DNA from: a virus | IMG/VR virus record: IMGVR_UViG_3300035190_001334 | Location: 32,001 to 96,000 of that record | Length of the DNA: 64,000 bases | Strand: one strand, 5' to 3' | Part shown: positions 57,509 to 64,000 of the stretch, piece by piece | Numbering within the stretch: position 1 is the first letter of the stretch | Layout of the letters: the number at the start of each line of letters is the position of its first letter | The notes under the pieces: model-generated | Told to the model about the DNA's origin: nothing | The model's database searches: none | What the model saw: the letters and a program-made list of their open reading frames with translations, nothing else | Program-made: the position numbers and the translations under genes

Positions 57509-58493
57509 TAGAAAATGACCCCATATTACGATTTTTGTGTAAAATAACTACTTTTATCTTAACATCATCCTTATATATCAGTAAGGTGTAGGTATTCTCT
57601 GGTTTGCTTATCTTAGGTAAATATCCGTTCTCAAATCTTATATCTGCATCTGCTTTGAAACTTACAATACCAGTAAAATTACTTAGATTGAGAGTGAAAA
57701 ACTTAAGGTGGTTGTTATTAATAACTAGTTGTATGTTCAGTACCTTCACTCCGTTGGTGCAGACTACGTTAGTTTCGGAATGTTGGATAGTGTCAATAAT
57801 GAGACTTGATAGTGGCTGTGTTGCTGATATGTTTTGGCAGTTATATATTAGATTATTAAGTGATTTTCCATTGCAGTTAAGCGCACCTCCAAGTACAGGC
57901 GACCTATCCCACCTAATACTTAATGGAAGCACTTTTTTAGTGTTACCAAAACCCCCTTGATTAGTTGGAGCAAAATTAGATACTAGGCAAGCATAAGGTA
58001 TCGGAGCTAACTCATACTCTATATCATCAAATTTACTTAGTGCTGAAGCTTCAGGGGCATAGTACCACTCTTCGTTTGAGGCATTATAAGTTAGTGCATA
58101 TTTGTTTCGCGCTACCGTATCAACTACATCACTCAGTTGTTTTATCTGATATTCTTTTCTGACCGTGTTAATCACTTGCCCCAAAGAGTTAACTGCCAAG
58201 TAAGTGTCAGCACCACCTATTACTACACCTGAAATATCTCTTAAGTAGATGTTAGGTACGGTTGTCGTTAGTTGCCCTTTGTAAAAACGAAGGATAGCTC
58301 CATCAGAGTATGTATAGTACTTAATAAAGTCTTTAAGGTTGCGTTTGCTATTACCTACAATTGCTACACTATTTTTATATGTCTTTGTGGTTATGTTTTT
58401 AGACATAAATCCTAAAAGCAAAGTGCCTACAGGAATCAGATTGTAGTCAGCAGTATTTTCATTTACTGTATGTGGAAATATGCTAACGCTCAT
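57498..58493 (-). CDS. Tail fibre-related protein
   Basis: QLSDV repeat, DRSPVLGGALNCNG motif; resembles 58490..60331. Confidence 0.55.
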   Translation of the reverse strand: MSVSIFPHTVNENTADYNLIPVGTLLLGFMSKNITTKTYKNSVAIVGNSKRNLKDFIKYYTYSDGAILRFYKGQLTTTVPNIYLRDISGVVIGGADTYLAVNSLGQVINTVRKEYQIKQLSDVVDTVARNKYALTYNASNEEWYYAPEASALSKFDDIEYELAPIPYACLVSNFAPTNQGGFGNTKKVLPLSIRWDRSPVLGGALNCNGKSLNNLIYNCQNISATQPLSSLIIDTIQHSETNVVCTNGVKVLNIQLVINNNHLKFFTLNLSNFTGIVSFKADADIRFENGYLPKISKPENTYTLLIYKDDVKIKVVILHKNRNMGSFSNGT

Positions 58494-60331
58494 GAGAATA
58501 TCTGATTACCAATACTGTGGTGAAAGTAATTGAACGACTGCGAGTGAACTACATCTTCAAGACCACCCAAGCGCCCAAACCTCATAGCTGGAGGCTGATA
58601 AACTGCATCTGTATAGCGACCTTTACCTACCGTCAATCGAACTGAATCAAGTCGCCCAATCATACTTATAGTTGCCGAAGAGATAGCTAAATTAGTAACT
58701 CCAGAATCAATCATAAGCCCTGTTTTTTCTGTCAGCAATTGACCATCACAATGCACCTTGATGCTCGTCCCAACTCGCGTGACAGAAAAGAATATGTAGC
58801 GGCTGTTCTGGTATCTAAAAAGTCGGTTGGCGTTATCAAATGTGTAGGTGTTAGCGCCAATAACCAGAGTGAACGTGAGGTTTTGTGTACTGGTTGTTAA
58901 TTGACCTGTATAACTAATCTTAAAGTTGGTTGAGTCAAAATATTTGTGTGTGACTGACGTAGTTGATTCGTAAAATGCTGTGTTTTGGTATTGCAGATAA
59001 AATTCAAATGTGAAGTCGCCTGTGACATTGATAGTGGCAGCAGGGGTGATGGTAATGGTGTCGATGCTGTTATCGAACTCTGCAATTTGGTTAGGGATGC
59101 CGAAGGTCGTGATGTCAGTATCTTGTTGCGTTACCCCTAATATTGCAACTGGAACTGATAAGCTACTCTTGTCCTCATACCAAAGCTTGCTGCGCCATGA
59201 TTGCGCCTCAAAGTCTAGCAGTAGTTTGACGTACTTGAAATAGTCGTCGTATAGTTTAGGAGCCGCCAGTAGTTGTGCTTGGTTATCTACGATGTCATAT
59301 CGCCATGCAGGTATTCCGCCTTGCCCCAGCGCAGCTATATTAAGTGCAGTTGCTGTGACGTAAGTGGTAATTGTTCCCCCGACGTTCTGAACCAGTACTG
59401 TGATGATGTCAGTTTTGCCATTGCCTGATAGCTTAATCGCTCTACCATCTTCGTACTTGACGTTAGTTAGACCGCCAATGAGAATTTGACCAGTGTTTTG
59501 CCGTATCTCAATCAACATCACGGCTGCTTGATTACTCGCTGGCGCGATTTGTGGCAACAAGATACACTGTGATTGAGTTTCTACGGCTACACCCGTTACA
59601 ATCCAATAATCCGCAGTAGCATAAGGCAGATTAATAGTGGGAGCATTACCCACCACTGTACCAATATTAGTAAAAGAATTATAAAGATAATTGCCATTGG
59701 CGTTGAGGTTTGCACCCAATGTCGGATTAGGGTCACGAACAATTTGCAGGTCTTGATTGCTCCAGACAGTCCCGCCAACATCAAGTGAAAGTATTTGGAA
59801 TCGGTGTGGGTCGTCTACTAATCCTGTAGTTGGAGTTATCTCAACGTCATCAAGTTCATTTACTAAGTTGATTCTATTGCGAGGCTTCCATCTTGCTGCG
59901 GTTGCGTCCCAATACAGTACTTGATTGTTTTCCAGTGTGCTTAAATCTACGTCTGTAAGCTGTGATAATGCATAATCTGGACTTGCATTCACATAGGCTT
60001 CACGAAGCGCGTCATAGCGCAAATACTGTCCATTTGTGGGACTGTTTATTTCTACATCACTAAGTCTAGTGAGACTGCCAATCTGCGACGCTGCTGTAAA
60101 ACCGTTGCCTTGCTTGACTAGGAAATCGCCTTCACGCGCATTAGTTATATTGACATCTTGAAGCTCCGTAAACTTCTGAACCCCCTTGCCAATCTCCAGT
60201 ACTTTGCCAGTGAAGTCCTTCGTATAAAGAACTGCTTGCTCATCTTTAATTGCCAAGACAAGTTCACCAACAGCAATTTCGTGTGGTGCTGGTAGTGAGT
60301 CATTGTTGAGAGTATGCTTAAGTATTGACAC
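58490..60331 (-). CDS. Tail fibre with L.DV.I repeats and C-terminal LamG
   Basis: P...IAVGEL....LYTK N-terminus, four L(Q/S/T/D)DV repeats, DPNPTLGANLNANG, DFTFEFY...VRLTVGKGRY. Confidence 0.7.
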   Translation of the reverse strand: MSILKHTLNNDSLPAPHEIAVGELVLAIKDEQAVLYTKDFTGKVLEIGKGVQKFTELQDVNITNAREGDFLVKQGNGFTAASQIGSLTRLSDVEINSPTNGQYLRYDALREAYVNASPDYALSQLTDVDLSTLENNQVLYWDATAARWKPRNRINLVNELDDVEITPTTGLVDDPHRFQILSLDVGGTVWSNQDLQIVRDPNPTLGANLNANGNYLYNSFTNIGTVVGNAPTINLPYATADYWIVTGVAVETQSQCILLPQIAPASNQAAVMLIEIRQNTGQILIGGLTNVKYEDGRAIKLSGNGKTDIITVLVQNVGGTITTYVTATALNIAALGQGGIPAWRYDIVDNQAQLLAAPKLYDDYFKYVKLLLDFEAQSWRSKLWYEDKSSLSVPVAILGVTQQDTDITTFGIPNQIAEFDNSIDTITITPAATINVTGDFTFEFYLQYQNTAFYESTTSVTHKYFDSTNFKISYTGQLTTSTQNLTFTLVIGANTYTFDNANRLFRYQNSRYIFFSVTRVGTSIKVHCDGQLLTEKTGLMIDSGVTNLAISSATISMIGRLDSVRLTVGKGRYTDAVYQPPAMRFGRLGGLEDVVHSQSFNYFHHSIGNQIFS

Positions 60332-60695
60332 AAGCTGGTGTTAATTGGTTATCTAGGCGTTCAAGATATTCAAGGCTGGTTAGGTCATGTTCAATAAGGC
60401 TAAGTATCCTGATGATTCCATAGAGGTCGCCTATGTCTGCTAATTTATTGAGGTTATACTTCTTCCAGTCGTTTGCAATTTTATAAAGTAGGTCAAAATC
60501 GTTTTGGTACAAGAACTCACCAGCCAGATACAGCACCTGAGACAGAAAATACAACTGGCGTTGTTGAGTACTTAAATCTAGAGCCACTACAAGGTCGCGC
60601 CAATGAAGCATAAACATTTTGACCTTAGCCATTGGGAAGGATAGCGAGGCGCTGTATACTATTTTGTCTGTGATGTAGTCTTTGGGGTTGGTCAT
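60318..60695 (-). CDS. Hypothetical protein
   Basis: Start set at MTNPKDY to avoid overlap with TerL. Confidence 0.5.
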   Translation of the reverse strand: MTNPKDYITDKIVYSASLSFPMAKVKMFMLHWRDLVVALDLSTQQRQLYFLSQVLYLAGEFLYQNDFDLLYKIANDWKKYNLNKLADIGDLYGIIRILSLIEHDLTSLEYLERLDNQLTPACVNT

Positions 60696-60705
60696 GCGGT
60701 TAGGT

Positions 60706-62373
60706 CTAGAATTGAATACTATTAATATCTTCTGTGCTAGGTACGCTATCAGTGAAAATAAAGAAGTCATTGGATTCATTATAACTTGAGTCGTGTTTTG
60801 CCCAATACTCGTCTTCAGTAAGTTTGTGGTCGCTGTCGCCAAATAGCATGATGGTACTGTTGCTGGTTTTTTGGCTTAGGTAGCCGATTGCATAACTTAC
60901 ATCGTCTACCCACTCGTTAGTTGAAAATAGCGGGAATCCAACCAACTCATTAATAGCGTGGTCTGGGTCGTATGTCTCGTCAAGAGTGTAGTCGGTTGAA
61001 TGAGGTTTGTAGAAATACAGTTGCCCATTTTTAATGAAAGGTACAGCAGCACCAAATCGCTTTTCTTTGTCTGCCTGTGTCTTGCCGCCCCACACGCTAG
61101 GTCTGAAAGGTACAATGTTAGGGAACTCACTAGCAAGTAACCGCATCACTGCTTCGCCATTAGCTTTTGCCTCAACACCAATTTCAGCTTCGGGATATTT
61201 CTTGGCTAGTTTTTTGATAGCTGCCATTTGCCCTACGATGTCCAGTTTAGCGCGAATACCATCGATGACATAGTAGCTATCTTCTTTTCTGCCTACCACT
61301 GCGCCGAGATTCCAGCTTGTAGACGCTTCTGATGCCGCAAAGGTCAAATCCCACATGATAAGCATCGAGTCCATCTTAGTTGGCTTCTGTGACACAATGC
61401 GAATATCTTTCTCGTCGAGCGTGATACCCTTACCACCACCTGAAGGGTCTTGTTGGAAGAGCGTCTTGCGTCTGATTGGATTGATTGTCTCAAGGTAACT
61501 GAGAGGTAAGCGCTTCTTGTCCATAAGCTCACCTTCAGTCTTGCGTGGGTCATTCCACTTGGCTCCGAGGGGCGAGAAGTAAGTCTTACGAGCAGCAAAC
61601 TCAGCAGGTATACAAAGCTCAAAGAAACCGTCTTCACCTTTGTATTTCTCAAAGAGGTGAGCAATTAAGTCATCATCACCAAGACGCTGACAAATTGCCA
61701 TCTTGACATCGGTATTAACATCATTGCTACGTCCGAATAGCTGGTCAGTTACCCAGTTATTGCGCTCACGACGAATACGCTCGTTTTGATACATTGTTTC
61801 ATCGATAATGTCATCGATGATGAATACGGTTCCCCCATTACCGATAATTCCAGTGTCAGGTGAAGATATATTGATGTCACCACTTGCGGTATTACTAATC
61901 TTTTTCTTAGTTGATTGGTCTTCCGATAACTTAAAGGCAAAGTTTGGGCTTTCTAGTTTGCAATATCTATCTCCATACCGAGGGTTGTTAATGATGTTTC
62001 GACTTTTAATTAAGTTTGTAGTGCAAAGGTCTAACTTGTGAGAAGATAGGAAAAAACGTTCTTCTGGTGTTGTAATCCATCTGAAGGCTGGCGTACAAAT
62101 GGATGCTACACTGGTTTTCGAGCTACGGGGGCTAACAGTAATCGCAAGCTTTCTTATTTGCCTATTTAATGCCGCTTCAATATGTTCGGCAATAATATCA
62201 ATGTGCCAATTACTCACTAGTGGCGTACCTTCATACAAATCCCAAGCCCAAGGTACAAAGTGGCGCAACTTCTTACTCGCTTTTTCTGCCAACACATCAT
62301 CGAGCGCGTCACTCATCTTGCGGAGTTCAGCTTCGCTCATGTCATTGGATTGTTTCTGTGTGGTTCTTGCCAT
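60706..62373 (-). CDS. terL: Terminase large subunit
   Basis: NWHI..I, SPRSSKT Walker-A variant, FIIDD Walker B, ICQRL coupling motif, RNase H-like MWD, VEAKANG, DDVSYA. Confidence 0.92.
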   Translation of the reverse strand: MARTTQKQSNDMSEAELRKMSDALDDVLAEKASKKLRHFVPWAWDLYEGTPLVSNWHIDIIAEHIEAALNRQIRKLAITVSPRSSKTSVASICTPAFRWITTPEERFFLSSHKLDLCTTNLIKSRNIINNPRYGDRYCKLESPNFAFKLSEDQSTKKKISNTASGDINISSPDTGIIGNGGTVFIIDDIIDETMYQNERIRRERNNWVTDQLFGRSNDVNTDVKMAICQRLGDDDLIAHLFEKYKGEDGFFELCIPAEFAARKTYFSPLGAKWNDPRKTEGELMDKKRLPLSYLETINPIRRKTLFQQDPSGGGKGITLDEKDIRIVSQKPTKMDSMLIMWDLTFAASEASTSWNLGAVVGRKEDSYYVIDGIRAKLDIVGQMAAIKKLAKKYPEAEIGVEAKANGEAVMRLLASEFPNIVPFRPSVWGGKTQADKEKRFGAAVPFIKNGQLYFYKPHSTDYTLDETYDPDHAINELVGFPLFSTNEWVDDVSYAIGYLSQKTSNSTIMLFGDSDHKLTEDEYWAKHDSSYNESNDFFIFTDSVPSTEDINSIQF

Positions 62374-62426
62374 AGAGTTATATGTTGTGTTATATTGGTC
62401 AAGTATATCATTAGGTTGAATTGGCT

Positions 62427-62591
62427 ATGACCCCAGACTATTTCCAGCAAAAAACTGCATACAACAATAAGAAAGCTAATAATGTTGTTATATCTAAAGG
62501 TTTCCAAGATTTTATAGATAGTTTACCTAAAACCTATGAACCAAAAGCCAGAATAGTAAAACAAGATGGCTCGATTCAAAGTTCAGATTAA
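62427..62591 (+). CDS. 54-aa hypothetical protein
   Basis: MTPDYFQQ...FQDFIDSLPK...; divergent from terL. Confidence 0.3.
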   Translation: MTPDYFQQKTAYNNKKANNVVISKGFQDFIDSLPKTYEPKARIVKQDGSIQSSD

Positions 62592-62895
62592 AAACAGTAT
62601 CCTCAAGCAGCCTGTCAAGCGCTACATTCCGCCTGATACTATTGGTGTGCAGTTCTTGATTGACTTTGCTAAATGTGATGCTAAAAATTCGCGTACTATC
62701 GAGTACTTGAAGGTTATCATGCCGTCAGAAAAGAATGTTGTAGCAGCTAATGCAGTGACGGTTTGGATAGTCGCGCACAAAGAACTGGACTTGAAGCTAT
62801 ATAGCCCTAAGCAGGGCGTGGTAGAGTACATTGATAGCAACCTCACTCCGTTCGGGGTGCAGAAAAAAGAGATTAGGAGAAGTAATGACAAATAA
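62566..62895 (+). CDS. Hypothetical protein
   Basis: 109-aa ORF. Confidence 0.5.
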   Translation: MARFKVQIKNSILKQPVKRYIPPDTIGVQFLIDFAKCDAKNSRTIEYLKVIMPSEKNVVAANAVTVWIVAHKELDLKLYSPKQGVVEYIDSNLTPFGVQKKEIRRSNDK

Positions 62896-63613
62896 CATAG
62901 AACAAAAGCTGCAATCACTACGCAACTTAAATAGTGAACAGCCCGAAATGCAAAAGATAACAGTACATAAACTCAGCAAAACAAGTTGGGTAAATTGGAC
63001 TGATATTAAACGCGCATATATTCTTGGCAAGCGTATCGAGGAGTTCGACGAGGAGACTGGACACACGCGGATTTGGTCTGAGAGCTACAATCTGCAAGAA
63101 CTTGCTGAGGAGTTTGGTGTTGGAGTTAGTCAGCTAACCAAGAAGTCGGCTACCGAAGGTTGGGGCGGATTGCGCGATAGTTACTTGGCGCGAGTACAGG
63201 AAGAGGCGCTAGGCACTGAGCTTGGTTATTTCACCAACGAGGAGAGCGAGACTGAGGCAAACAGCTTGGCTATCATTCGTAAGGGCATGAAACTGATTAA
63301 CTTAGGGCTTGAGCAAGAGTATGGCGACTTACTTGAGGCTGTGGACGCTGATGGTGATGTGGACTTGCGCGAGTATAGTAAGGTCAACTTGAAGGCGCTG
63401 ACTGAAGGAATCAAGGGGCTGAAGATGCTGCATGAGATGCATGGTAAGGTGATGGAGCAAGCACCTAAGACTAACCAAGAGCTACTGGAGCAACTGAATC
63501 GTAGCAAGACGGTTGAGAGGCTGAAGAATCCTAAAGAGCGCGAGAAATTGCAAAAGGAGCTACAAAAGAAATTGCAACTCCTTAGTCAGATAGAGGAAGA
63601 TGATGAAGATTAG
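62885..63613 (+). CDS. Terminase small subunit candidate (HTH plus helical)
   Basis: W..IKRAYI.G ... LQELAEEFGVGVSQLTKKSATEGW...R pattern typical of TerS N-terminal HTH; near terL. Confidence 0.55.
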   Translation: MTNNIEQKLQSLRNLNSEQPEMQKITVHKLSKTSWVNWTDIKRAYILGKRIEEFDEETGHTRIWSESYNLQELAEEFGVGVSQLTKKSATEGWGGLRDSYLARVQEEALGTELGYFTNEESETEANSLAIIRKGMKLINLGLEQEYGDLLEAVDADGDVDLREYSKVNLKALTEGIKGLKMLHEMHGKVMEQAPKTNQELLEQLNRSKTVERLKNPKEREKLQKELQKKLQLLSQIEEDDED

Positions 63614-63990
63614 TCGTCGATGTTGTTACGGCGATAGTACTTAGCATTTGCATAGGCATCTTTTAACCCTTCTTTGGCTACGCCTCCTGTAAAACCAAGT
63701 CCACCACCGACAATTCCGCCAACACCCGCATTGCCGACTAATTTACCTAATCTCCCCAAGCCTGTAGTTCTAGCTTTTTCTTCTTCTGACTCTCCAACAC
63801 CCGAACCTTTAACTAGTCCAGCAGCAGCCCCAATACCAGCACCAATTTGTACTCCTCTGTTCTGTGCAAAGGCTTGACCTACTCCCTTGGCTGCACTGCC
63901 AGCATCTTGAACGTTGTGCCAATAAGGACGGGCTTTATCTACTATTGCAGGTAAGGGATTTGTGAAACCAAAATTAGCGAAATGTTGCAT
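63610..63990 (-). CDS. Glycine-zipper protein with N-terminal QHFANF; putative internal virion protein
   Basis: MQHFANF; IGAGIGAAAGLVKGSGVGESEEEKARTTGLGRLGKLVG. May extend beyond the window edge. Confidence 0.65.
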   Translation of the reverse strand: MQHFANFGFTNPLPAIVDKARPYWHNVQDAGSAAKGVGQAFAQNRGVQIGAGIGAAAGLVKGSGVGESEEEKARTTGLGRLGKLVGNAGVGGIVGGGLGFTGGVAKEGLKDAYANAKYYRRNNIDD

Positions 63991-64000
63991 CTGTGTGTGT

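Noticed and set aside
62427-62591. Third RHH paralog (contains FIDSLP)
   Set aside because: The N-terminal strand and first helix pattern are missing and no nuclease is adjacent; the match may be chance.
1-64000. CRISPR array, diversity-generating retroelement, integrase, tail sheath, stop-codon reassignment
   Set aside because: No repeat-spacer array, reverse transcriptase, recombinase or sheath motif was seen; genes are intact in the standard code and no suppressor tRNA is present.

Overview
This window is the virion morphogenesis region of a large tailed dsDNA phage. A long non-contractile tail is likely because no sheath gene is recognisable here. A cyanobacterial host is a tentative inference. 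Recognisable genes are terminase large subunit (plus a candidate small subunit), portal, Mu-I-like prohead protease, scaffold, major capsid and decoration proteins, head morphogenesis protein, connectors, tail assembly chaperones with a probable -1 frameshift, a 1891-aa tape measure, many LamG/FN3 fibre or adhesin proteins, a holin candidate, an 8-unit tRNA array and three free-standing GIY-YIG endonucleases. The most striking signal is a bipartite peptide motif, [FY]-x(about 5-9)-A-[NESQ]-F ('ANF motif'). It recurs more than 20 times, almost only in the protease, the scaffold and a dispersed family of glycine-zipper polyproteins. It delimits repeated modules, and one tagged protein carries a JAB/JAMM-like motif. 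I interpret this as a candidate protease-processed or capsid-targeted virion cargo system. A second notable element is a two-gene cassette (GIY-YIG endonuclease plus divergent ribbon-helix-helix gene) present twice. One copy sits inside the 5' end of a tail gene and appears to have supplied a recoded replacement N-terminus. All family assignments come from motifs read by eye, not from database searches.
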